Assembly: GCA_035530295.1 (NCBI GenBank)
Contig: DATKVB010000011.1
Span: forward strand, 65,169 to 129,168
Source of the DNA: a bacterium
GTDB lineage: Bacteria > Spirochaetota > Spirochaetia > Treponematales > UBA12059
Length of the DNA stretch: 64,000 nucleotides
Direction of reading: 5' to 3'
In this document: one piece after another, positions 45,676 to 53,886 of the stretch
Layout of the letters: each line of letters begins with the position of its first letter
Position numbering within the stretch: the first letter of the stretch is position 1
Made by a program: the position numbers and the translations under genes
Notes under the pieces: generated by a model
Seen by the model: the letters and a program-made list of their open reading frames with translations, nothing else
The model's database searches: none
Told to the model about the DNA's origin: nothing

Positions 45676-46531
45676 CAACATCAGAAGGATCAAGGCCTAC
45701 ATCGTCTCGATGCCCAGCCTTCCGACGACCGTGGCCAAGGTCCTGGAGATATGCAATAACCCCAAGACCAGCCCTACCGATCTGGACAAGGTCATTTCAC
45801 TGGATCCGGTCCTGATGGGCAAGGTGCTCAAGCTTATCAACTCGGCCTACTATGGCCTTCAGAATCAAGTAACCAGCCTCGTGCGCGCCATAATCATGCT
45901 CGGCGTCAACACCGTCAAGAACCTTGCCCTCAGCACGGCCATACTCGATCGCCTCGTCGACAAATCAGGCTTCCGGGCGCTGAACATGGAAGGCTTCTGG
46001 CGGCACTCGCTCTGTGTCGGTGTGGTGGCCAAGATGCTCGCCAGAAAGAAAGGTGTCGAGCCGCAGCGGCTGGACGAGTTCTTCGCGGCGGGCCTGTTGC
46101 ACGATATCGGCAAGATACCGCTGAACAACGCCCTTTCCGATGAATATGTCAAGGCGATGGGTCTGGCAGATCGGGAGCGCATTCCGATATATCTGGCGGA
46201 AAAGCGCAGCATCGATATTGACCACGCCGAGGCAGGATCGATGATAGCCGACGCGTGGCATCTCGATGGCCCAATCGCCGACGCCATACGCTTTCACCAC
46301 TCTGTGGATGCGTACGAAGGCAAGAATACCGATATTGTGCTCGCTGTGGCTGTTGCCGACTACTATGCCAGCCGGGAGGGCATCGGCTTCTCCGGCTGCC
46401 TGTATCCAGAGAAACTGCCAGCCGGTGTTTTTGAGCGGCTGGGCGTGCCCAAGGTGTGGCTCGAGGAAATTGATGCAGCCGTCAACGCCGAGATAGAGAA
46501 GGCATCGATATTCCTGAAGGTAAAGCCTTGA
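45662..46531 (+). CDS. HDOD domain protein
   Basis: 'MPSLPTTVAKVLEICNNPKTSPTDLDKVISLDPVLMGKVLKLINSAYYG' and 'GLLHDIGK'. 14-nt overlap with the TPR gene. Confidence 0.8.
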   Translation: MPESNNIRRIKAYIVSMPSLPTTVAKVLEICNNPKTSPTDLDKVISLDPVLMGKVLKLINSAYYGLQNQVTSLVRAIIMLGVNTVKNLALSTAILDRLVDKSGFRALNMEGFWRHSLCVGVVAKMLARKKGVEPQRLDEFFAAGLLHDIGKIPLNNALSDEYVKAMGLADRERIPIYLAEKRSIDIDHAEAGSMIADAWHLDGPIADAIRFHHSVDAYEGKNTDIVLAVAVADYYASREGIGFSGCLYPEKLPAGVFERLGVPKVWLEEIDAAVNAEIEKASIFLKVKP

Positions 46532-46544
46532 TCGGGGGGTTGCT

Positions 46545-47462
46545 GTGTTCAGTGTAAAAATCTGGGGAGACCGCGGATCGATGCCAGTGCCCGGACCGGA
46601 CACGGTGGTTTTCGGCGGCAACACCTCGTGCATAGAGGTGCGGTGCGGCAAACGGCTTATTGTTATCGACGCGGGCTCCGGCATACGAAGCCTGGGCGAC
46701 TGGCTGGTACGCAACGAACTCAAGAAAGGCCCTATCGACGCCGATGTCTTTCTGACGCACACGCACTGGGATCACATAATGGGCTTTCCGATGTTTACGC
46801 CCATCTACGTTCCTGGCACCACGCTGCGCATTCGCGGACCTGTCAATTTCGAGGACGAAACACTCGAACAGATCATTGGCTCGCAGCTGTCATACCGGTA
46901 TTGGCCTGTCAGACAGGACGAACTGGCGGCCACTATCACATACCAGAGTCTCAAGGAGACGGAGATAGACCTCGGCGATGGCGTTGTCATCAAGACCAAA
47001 TACCTCAACCATCCGGTGCTGTGCCTCGGCTACAGAATAGAATATGAAGGCAAGTCATTCGCGACCGCCTACGATCATGAGCCATTCACCAACCTCTTTC
47101 CTACCGACCCCGCCGACCCCGATTATGACGCGGCGATTGCCGAGGAGGGCACGCGGGCGGCGCGCGAGGAGAATGAGCGGATCGAATTGTTCTACCACGG
47201 TGTTGACCTGCTCATTCATGACACGCAGTACAGCGCAAAGGAATACAAGGCGGGCAAGATCGGCTGGGGACACTCGTCGTTCGAATACGCCATCAACGCC
47301 GCCAACAGGGCGGATGTAATACGGCTGCTGCTATTCCATCACGACCCAAACAGGACGGATACCGAGCTTCAGGAACTGGAGCTCTTCTACCAGGAGAAGG
47401 TGCGCGGAAAATCAAGGTTGCGCATTGATGCCAGCCGCGAGGGCATGACAATCAATCTGTAG
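46545..47462 (+). CDS. MBL-fold metallo-hydrolase
   Basis: 'LTHTHWDHIMG' (HxHxDH) and a later 'HDTQY...GHSS'. GTG start. Confidence 0.8.
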   Translation: MFSVKIWGDRGSMPVPGPDTVVFGGNTSCIEVRCGKRLIVIDAGSGIRSLGDWLVRNELKKGPIDADVFLTHTHWDHIMGFPMFTPIYVPGTTLRIRGPVNFEDETLEQIIGSQLSYRYWPVRQDELAATITYQSLKETEIDLGDGVVIKTKYLNHPVLCLGYRIEYEGKSFATAYDHEPFTNLFPTDPADPDYDAAIAEEGTRAAREENERIELFYHGVDLLIHDTQYSAKEYKAGKIGWGHSSFEYAINAANRADVIRLLLFHHDPNRTDTELQELELFYQEKVRGKSRLRIDASREGMTINL

Positions 47463-47518
47463 CCCGGAATTTCGCTACTCTTGACACCGGGCGCTGTTGA
47501 GCGGACAATCCGCGTCTG

Positions 47519-48475
47519 ATGAATGACGTACCCACACTACAAATGCGCCTTCGTTCCGCCCTGTCGGGAGGGCTTTCTTCGGGCTTTTCAACGACGCTGT
47601 TCCTGATACGGATCATGGTGCCGGTGAGCCTTGCCGTGGCCCTGCTTCAATGGAGTGGAGCCCTGATGTGGGGCGCCAGGCTGCTGGCTCCGGCCATGCG
47701 CATCATAGGCCTGCCTGGCGAGGCTGCGCTGGTGCTGGTAAGCGCCGCTCTGCTCAACAACTACAGTGCCATCGCGATCATGGGTACGCTGCCGCTAACC
47801 CTACGCGAAATAACCATACTCGCTGTCATGTCACTGACCGCCCATAACCTGATTGTTGAGACCGCGGTCATGAAGAAATCGGGCTCGTCGGCTTTCAAGA
47901 TGGTGGTCCTCCGCATCGGCGGCGCCATCGTCATGGGCTACCTGTTCAATCTGGTCCTGCCTGCCTTTAGCGGAGCCAGCGCCACCATCGGGGCGACGGT
48001 TTCCAGAGCTGAATTCTGGCCCATGCTCGCCGCATGGGGCATATCGACGCTCAGACTCGTATTCAAGATAGTCGTGCTGGTGCTGTCAATAATGATAGGC
48101 CAGCGTCTTCTTGAAGAATTTCATGTCATCGATGTGCTTTCCAAGTTGATGGCGCCGGTGATGCGGATATTTGGCCTATCGGAGAATACCAGCGTACTGT
48201 GGATAGTCATCAATGTGGTTGGATACGCCTACGGGGCCGCCATAATCATGGAGCGGGTCAAAGACGGCAAGATGAAGCCCCAGGAGGCGGATCTGTTCAA
48301 CCACCATGCCGGACTATGCCACAGCCTGCTTGAAGACACGATCCTGTTCATGGCGATCGGCGTACCCCTGTTCTGGATAACCGTTCCGCGCCTGCTTCTG
48401 GCGACGGTGGTTGTGTGGTTCGAGCGATTCAGACGGCAGCGTTTCAGACGATCGTTCAAGGTCGGCACCGTCTAA
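47519..48475 (+). CDS. nucleoside-recognition (Gate) domain membrane protein
   Basis: Polytopic membrane ORF. 'GLPGEAALVLVSAALLNNYSAIA' resembles the Gate/FeoB-type domain. Confidence 0.65.
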   Translation: MNDVPTLQMRLRSALSGGLSSGFSTTLFLIRIMVPVSLAVALLQWSGALMWGARLLAPAMRIIGLPGEAALVLVSAALLNNYSAIAIMGTLPLTLREITILAVMSLTAHNLIVETAVMKKSGSSAFKMVVLRIGGAIVMGYLFNLVLPAFSGASATIGATVSRAEFWPMLAAWGISTLRLVFKIVVLVLSIMIGQRLLEEFHVIDVLSKLMAPVMRIFGLSENTSVLWIVINVVGYAYGAAIIMERVKDGKMKPQEADLFNHHAGLCHSLLEDTILFMAIGVPLFWITVPRLLLATVVVWFERFRRQRFRRSFKVGTV

Positions 48476-48502
48476 TCCGCCCGAGCACGCCGCACGACCG
48501 CC

Positions 48503-49441
48503 TTACGCTCCCTGGAACATCAACCAGCCAGCCACGATGCCGGCGAACGATACGACACCGAGCGCCTGCAAGAGTAGCGCCAACAGCAGTAGACCCAGCA
48601 TGACAAGACGGACAGGCTGCGCGAACGGCCGTCTGCGCATGACAGGTACCGCGACCAGAAGCGCGGCCAGCACGCCGATGATAGTCAGTGAAATCGCCAT
48701 CGTCGCCTCGGGCTGGCTGGCGGCAAACGACTTGATGCCTATGCCGAGTCGAGCGGTAACGGCATTCAGAGCGGTAAGACGCCCCAGAGCCATCGACAGG
48801 CCAATGGCGACGAGCAGGAGCCCCGAGACAATGCGCACGGCCAGACCGTGCTTCTTGAACCATACCCACAGCGGAGCGAGTCTGTCGAAGAAGAGGCCCG
48901 CGGCGATGAATGGAACCGCGAGTCCAGCGGAGTACGCGGAGAGCAGGACCACAGACTGGGCCGCTCCACCGGAACGCGCCGCCATGAACAATATCGATGC
49001 CAGAATCGGCCCGACGCAGGGAGTCCAGCCTGCCCCGAACGCCATGCCGACAACAAAAGAACCCAGAGCGCTGGTCGGCTTGCTGGTCACATGCGCGCGT
49101 ACATCGGAGTTCAGGAACTTGATGAAGTCGAACATCGTGTTGATGCCCAGTATCGTCACGATGGTTCCGGCGATAATCGAGACCAGCCTGTTTGACCTGC
49201 CGGCTACCAGCATGCCACCGCCCGAAAACAACAATCCCAGAGCGACAAATACGGCCGAGAAGCCAGCGACAAAAAACAGTGTGCGGTAAAACACGCCGGC
49301 CCTCTGGCTGCCGCTGCGGATTTCCTGCGAACCGACTCCGCTGATAAACGACAGATAGCCTGGTATCAGCGGCAGTACGCATGGCGACAGGAACGATAGA
49401 ACCCCGGCGCCCAGTGCGACGAAAAGCGGGACCGAAGTCAT
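48503..49441 (-). CDS. ccdA: cytochrome c biogenesis/thiol-disulfide transporter CcdA (DsbD family)
   Basis: 'FLSPCVLPLIPGYLSFISG' and 'GWTPCVGPIL'. Confidence 0.85.
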   Translation of the reverse strand: MTSVPLFVALGAGVLSFLSPCVLPLIPGYLSFISGVGSQEIRSGSQRAGVFYRTLFFVAGFSAVFVALGLLFSGGGMLVAGRSNRLVSIIAGTIVTILGINTMFDFIKFLNSDVRAHVTSKPTSALGSFVVGMAFGAGWTPCVGPILASILFMAARSGGAAQSVVLLSAYSAGLAVPFIAAGLFFDRLAPLWVWFKKHGLAVRIVSGLLLVAIGLSMALGRLTALNAVTARLGIGIKSFAASQPEATMAISLTIIGVLAALLVAVPVMRRRPFAQPVRLVMLGLLLLALLLQALGVVSFAGIVAGWLMFQGA

Positions 49442-50088
49442 CAGAGGCGCTCCGCCAGTTCCTTGAACAGCGTCAGTACTTCCGGACCATCATAGGAGCG
49501 CGAACCTACGATTCCCGCGATAGCCCGCCCTTGCTTGTCCAGGATGAACGTCGTCGGTATGCCACGGCTGGCAAACGGGGCCGAGGCGGATCCATTCTCG
49601 TCAAGATACATGGGATACGTGTACGGATTGTTCTTGAGGAAATCCGTGACCGTCGCCGGCTTCTCCGATACGCTTATGGCCATGATCTCGAATGAGGCAC
49701 CCTTCATTTTCTCATGAAGCACCTGTATCGATGGCATTTCCATCTTGCATGGCGGACACCAGGTAGCCCAGAAGTTGAGGAGCACAACCTTGCCGCTCAG
49801 CGTCGCGAGAGTCGCGTCCGCGCCTTTCAGGGTCTTGACCGAGAATGACGGAATCGGCTCGGGGGCAGGAAAGACATAGAAACCGAGAGCCTCGAGTCTG
49901 TCAGAATACCATGGCTTGTTGGTGGCGGCGGCCTCAACCAGGCGCTCGCCATCGTCCACGGGCTTGCCTGTCTGCCCTATGTTCTGCTGCGGAGCTTCCT
50001 GTGACAATCCTGGCGCCGCCGCCTTGGCACAGGATGTCATGGCAATAGCGGATATCAAGAGTACTGTCGTGGCATACAAGCTTTTCAT
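49441..50088 (-). CDS. TlpA/ResA-like thioredoxin-fold lipoprotein
   Basis: Lipobox 'AMTSC' and active site 'NFWATWCPPCKMEMP'. 1-nt overlap with the ccdA start. Confidence 0.85.
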   Translation of the reverse strand: MKSLYATTVLLISAIAMTSCAKAAAPGLSQEAPQQNIGQTGKPVDDGERLVEAAATNKPWYSDRLEALGFYVFPAPEPIPSFSVKTLKGADATLATLSGKVVLLNFWATWCPPCKMEMPSIQVLHEKMKGASFEIMAISVSEKPATVTDFLKNNPYTYPMYLDENGSASAPFASRGIPTTFILDKQGRAIAGIVGSRSYDGPEVLTLFKELAERL

Positions 50089-50301
50089 CGGTTCTCCTTA
50101 TGTTCCTGACACCAGTAATTCCACCAGCCTCAGTGGCGGGCCCGGCGTCGTCTGCCAGGAACTTCACAATATACAGAAAATACTATAAAGCCAATCAGGA
50201 TACAAGTCTGGCCATTCCGTAGGCGAAAAGGCCGATTATAAGTATACTCTTGATAGTTTGCGCGCCAATACAGGCGCGGTGACCAGTTCGGAGGAGATTC
50301 A

Positions 50302-50919
50302 ATGCGAATACTGAGCCAGCTCTATGGCCGATACGATGATGACGATGAAGAAGAAGACAAGGCACCCAAGGGGCCCGATGCCCTGGCGGAACGCCTGCTC
50401 GAGACCAGAACAATCCTGCTTTCAGGTCAAGTGAACAAGGATCTTGCAGAACGGGTTGTCAGGCAGCTCCTGCTCCTTGAGGCCAAGAGCGCTGATCCAA
50501 TAAAGATCATGATCGATTCACCTGGTGGAGACGTCGACGCAGGATACGCCATCTTCGACATGGCACGGTTCGTCAAACCGGATGTCTGGATGATAGGCAT
50601 GGGCCTGGTCGCGAGCGCGGGTGCACTGATCCTGCTCGCCGCGCCCAAAGAGCGACGCATAGCCTTTCCCAATTCGCACTACCTGATACACCAGCCGCTC
50701 TCCGGCCTCCGTGGCGTGGCGACCGAGATAGAGATTCACGCGCGCGAACTCGAGAAGACCCGCGATCGTCTCAACAAGCTCATTGCCGACGAGACAGGCC
50801 AGCCTCTCGAGCGGGTTGTCAAGGATACCGACCGCGATTACTGGATGAGCGCCGATGACGCCGTCGCATACGGCCTGGTTTCGCGGGTTGCCGCGACCCG
50901 GGAGCAACTCGGCCTCTGA
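50302..50919 (+). CDS. clpP: ClpP-family serine protease subunit (paralog with atypical N-terminus)
   Basis: 'IDSPGGDV', Ser in 'GLVASAGALIL', His in 'LIHQP' and Asp in 'DTDRDYWMSA'. The N-terminus is acidic ('YDDDDEEEDK'). Confidence 0.85.
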   Translation: MRILSQLYGRYDDDDEEEDKAPKGPDALAERLLETRTILLSGQVNKDLAERVVRQLLLLEAKSADPIKIMIDSPGGDVDAGYAIFDMARFVKPDVWMIGMGLVASAGALILLAAPKERRIAFPNSHYLIHQPLSGLRGVATEIEIHARELEKTRDRLNKLIADETGQPLERVVKDTDRDYWMSADDAVAYGLVSRVAATREQLGL

Positions 50920-51012
50920 TCTGTCTTGACACATCCCCTGGGCATCATCGCCTCAAGCGTTGATGCGCGCGGCCCCGTAAATGGATTGGAGCCTGTGCTC
51001 CACGGAATCCAG

Positions 51013-51032
51013 CGGGGCCGCGCCCCGTTTTT
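51013..51032 (+). terminator. short GC hairpin plus T5 downstream of clpP
   Basis: CGGGGC-CGC-GCCCCG followed directly by TTTTT. An alternative long hairpin spans 50967-51023. Confidence 0.5.
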
Positions 51033-51046
51033 ATGGGGAGGCCAGC

Positions 51047-52129
51047 ATGCGCGCCCATCATTTGCCACCCGTCATCCTGCTATCACTGACTCTGACAGCC
51101 TGTATAGGCTGCCGGTCGCTGCCTGCCGAAGGCGGATCCGTCGTCGTCATGTCATACAACCTGCAGACACTATTCGACCCGGTTGATCAGGGCGGTGAAT
51201 ACGCGGAGTTCAGGGTTTCATCAGGCGCGTGGGATGAGAGCCGCTACCGAGCTCGGCTGGCCGCGCTGGCCGCGTCGGTGCTCTCGGCATCGGGACGCGG
51301 CAGGCTGGGCGATGGTCCCGACATCCTCGTCGTTGAGGAAGCCGAGAACCAGAGGGTTCTGCAAGACCTTGCGGCAGCCGCGGGAGGATACGAGCACGTT
51401 ATCGCCTCCCCGGACGAAGAGGCTGTCGTCGCATGCGGGGTACTGTCGCGATACCCGGTTGTCGCGGCGCGGGCGCACCGCATTAGGCCTCCGGAAGGCG
51501 GCCCGTCATCCGTTCCACGCTATGCGCTGGAGGTGGAGCTTTCTGTCGATGGACACCGACTGGTGATCATAGCCACGCACTGGAAGAGCAAGCTCGGAGG
51601 CGCGCAGGAGACTGAGCCGGAACGCCAGGCCGCTGCGGTTTTCATCGACGCACTTGTCGCGTCCCGACTGGCCGCCGACCCCGCGCTCGCGCTGGTCGTC
51701 GCAGGTGATTTCAATGAGAACCCCGATGAATTCGAGCGGGTCGAGCGGGCTTGGCCAACGGCGCTCATGCCAGCGGAGGCGGGCGCCGGCCCATGGCTCC
51801 TCATAACGGGCAGTCCCGCTCGCGCACGCGACGCGGCCCGCCAGCTGGCTGCGCCAAAGGCCTCCCCGCTTGTGCTGTTTTGTCCATGGGACGGTGCCGG
51901 CGGCTACAGTTATCGATTCGAAGGCGATCCGGAGAGGATCGACCAGTTGCTCCTGTCCCCGGCTCTGGTCGCGGAAGAAGGTGGAGCCCTGCGCTTCGAG
52001 TCGTTCAGCGCCGAACCGCCTCAATTTGCAGTGGATGCGTCGGGGACACCACTGGCGTACAACCCGAGACTCAATTCCGGGTACTCCGATCATTTGCCCA
52101 TCAGGATACGGATCGCCGTCATTCCATAG
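51047..52129 (+). CDS. endonuclease/exonuclease/phosphatase (EEP) family lipoprotein
   Basis: Lipobox 'LTLTAC', 'VVVMSYNLQ', 'ILVVEEAEN', 'THWKSK', 'VVAGDFNE' and 'SDHLPI'. Confidence 0.8.
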   Translation: MRAHHLPPVILLSLTLTACIGCRSLPAEGGSVVVMSYNLQTLFDPVDQGGEYAEFRVSSGAWDESRYRARLAALAASVLSASGRGRLGDGPDILVVEEAENQRVLQDLAAAAGGYEHVIASPDEEAVVACGVLSRYPVVAARAHRIRPPEGGPSSVPRYALEVELSVDGHRLVIIATHWKSKLGGAQETEPERQAAAVFIDALVASRLAADPALALVVAGDFNENPDEFERVERAWPTALMPAEAGAGPWLLITGSPARARDAARQLAAPKASPLVLFCPWDGAGGYSYRFEGDPERIDQLLLSPALVAEEGGALRFESFSAEPPQFAVDASGTPLAYNPRLNSGYSDHLPIRIRIAVIP

Positions 52130-52206
52130 TATGGTGAGCGCAAATTGTTAGGTATTCTTACCATGTCTTTGACAGGGTAGTGCCTTGCATGGTACAAAGA
52201 CCGGAT

Positions 52207-53886
52207 ATGGAAGCTCGTCCGCTGATCGCCCAGAGCGACCAATCGCTGTTGCTCGATGCCCATGCCTCAGGCTTTGAAGAGGCTCGTGCGGAGCTGTCCG
52301 CCTTTGCCACGCTCGAGAAAAGCCCCGAACACTTCCACACATACCGGCTGGACTCATTATCGCTGTGGAATGCCGCCAGCGCAGGGCTCAGCGCCGATGC
52401 CATAGTCGCGACCATGGAGCGCTGGACCCGCTACGATCTGCCGCCATCTCTTGAACAATCGGTGCGCGCGACGATGGCGCGTTTCGGAAAGCTTGTGCTG
52501 TCGGCAGGCCCGGACGAGCATACCTTGCGCCTGTCATGCGATGATCCATTCGTCCGGGCCGAACTGGAAGGCTCGAAGCGGCTGGGTAAATATCTGGCGC
52601 CCGATGCGGATGGGTTCCTGATAGCGCTGACGGAACGGGGCACCGTCAAGCGTGAACTGATAAAGCTGGGTTGGCCAGCCTTTGACGAGGCGCCACTGGC
52701 CGACGGCGCGCCATTCGCGCTGCAGCTCAAGGACAAGCGATCGAACGGTGCCGCTTTCTCGCTCCGCGCGTACCAGGAAGACGCGGTCAAGGCCTTCGTT
52801 GGGCTGGGCACCCCTGGCACCGGATATGGTGTCGTGGTGATGCCATGCGGCGCAGGCAAGACGGTAGTCGGCATGGCGGCGATGGCCGCGATCGGGCGCA
52901 AGACTCTGATCGTCACAACGAATGTCGCCGCTGTTCATCAGTGGATGGATGAGTTGCTGGACAAGACGAGCGTCTCGCGTGATGACCTTGGCGAATACAC
53001 TGGCGCCACCAAGGATGTCAAACCGATAACGATAGCGACATACCAGGTGCTGACCTGGCGGCCCGACAAGAATTCCGATTTCCCGCATTTCGATTTGTTC
53101 CGCAAGGAGAAGTGGGGCCTGATCATCTATGACGAGGTGCACCTTCTGCCCGCTCCAGTTTTCAGGGTAGTGGCGGAGATTCAGGCTATTCGTCGCCTGG
53201 GTCTGACCGCGACGCTTATCAGGGAGGATGGCCTGCAGGAGGACGTTTTCAGCCTGATCGGCCCCAAACGCTACGATGTGCCCTGGAAGGAGCTTGAGGC
53301 AAAGGGCTTCATAGCCGAGGCGTTCTGCCGCGAGATACGGGTTCCAATGGCTGACCATGACCGTCTGCGCTATGTCTCGTGCGGCACCAGGGAACGTCAT
53401 AGAGTAGCGGCCGAGAATCCAATAAAGGCTCGTATAGTCAGGGAGCTTCTGGACAACCACTCGGAAGACCTGATCATGGTGATTGGGCAATTTCTGGACC
53501 AGCTACACGCTCTGGCCAAGGAGCTGAACGCGCCCTTGATAACGGGGGCTACGCCCAATCCCGAACGTGAGCGAATCTATGCCGACTTCAGGGCCGGCCG
53601 GGTCAGGGTCATCGTTGTGTCCCGCGTCGCCAATTTTGCGATCGATCTGCCGGACGCGTCAGTGGCCATTCAGGTCTCCGGTACCTTCGGGTCCCGCCAG
53701 GAAGAGGCGCAGCGCCTCGGTCGGGTGCTTAGACCGAAAGAAAAGAATTCGTATTTTTACTCTATCGTTTCCCGCTATACTATCGAGGAAGAATATGCGG
53801 ACAACAGGCGCCGCTTTCTCACTGAACAAGGCTATCGATATACCATCGAAGCCTGGGAGGAGTCCGAATGGGCCCCGATGAACTGA
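52207..53886 (+). CDS. XPB/Ssl2(ERCC3)-like SF2 DNA helicase
   Basis: Walker A 'MPCGAGKT', 'IYDEVHLL', 'GLTATLIREDG' (RED motif) and motif VI 'QEEAQRLGRVLR'. The start could instead be 52180 or 52189. Confidence 0.85.
   Translation: MEARPLIAQSDQSLLLDAHASGFEEARAELSAFATLEKSPEHFHTYRLDSLSLWNAASAGLSADAIVATMERWTRYDLPPSLEQSVRATMARFGKLVLSAGPDEHTLRLSCDDPFVRAELEGSKRLGKYLAPDADGFLIALTERGTVKRELIKLGWPAFDEAPLADGAPFALQLKDKRSNGAAFSLRAYQEDAVKAFVGLGTPGTGYGVVVMPCGAGKTVVGMAAMAAIGRKTLIVTTNVAAVHQWMDELLDKTSVSRDDLGEYTGATKDVKPITIATYQVLTWRPDKNSDFPHFDLFRKEKWGLIIYDEVHLLPAPVFRVVAEIQAIRRLGLTATLIREDGLQEDVFSLIGPKRYDVPWKELEAKGFIAEAFCREIRVPMADHDRLRYVSCGTRERHRVAAENPIKARIVRELLDNHSEDLIMVIGQFLDQLHALAKELNAPLITGATPNPERERIYADFRAGRVRVIVVSRVANFAIDLPDASVAIQVSGTFGSRQEEAQRLGRVLRPKEKNSYFYSIVSRYTIEEEYADNRRRFLTEQGYRYTIEAWEESEWAPMN

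Noticed and set aside
48411-49289. 292-aa plus-strand ORF (and 48456-49382 minus)
   Set aside because: It overlaps ccdA in other frames, and the ccdA frame carries the conserved Cys motifs.
52169-52198. TTGACA-18-TACAAA promoter-like pair upstream of the XPB gene (and TTGACT-18-TACACT at 5952-5981)
   Set aside because: The 18-nt spacers and weak -10 boxes would leave almost no leader before the chosen start codons. That is too weak to annotate without 5'-end data.
52534-53490. 318-aa minus-strand ORF
   Set aside because: It is antisense to the XPB helicase core, which carries all the SF2 motifs.
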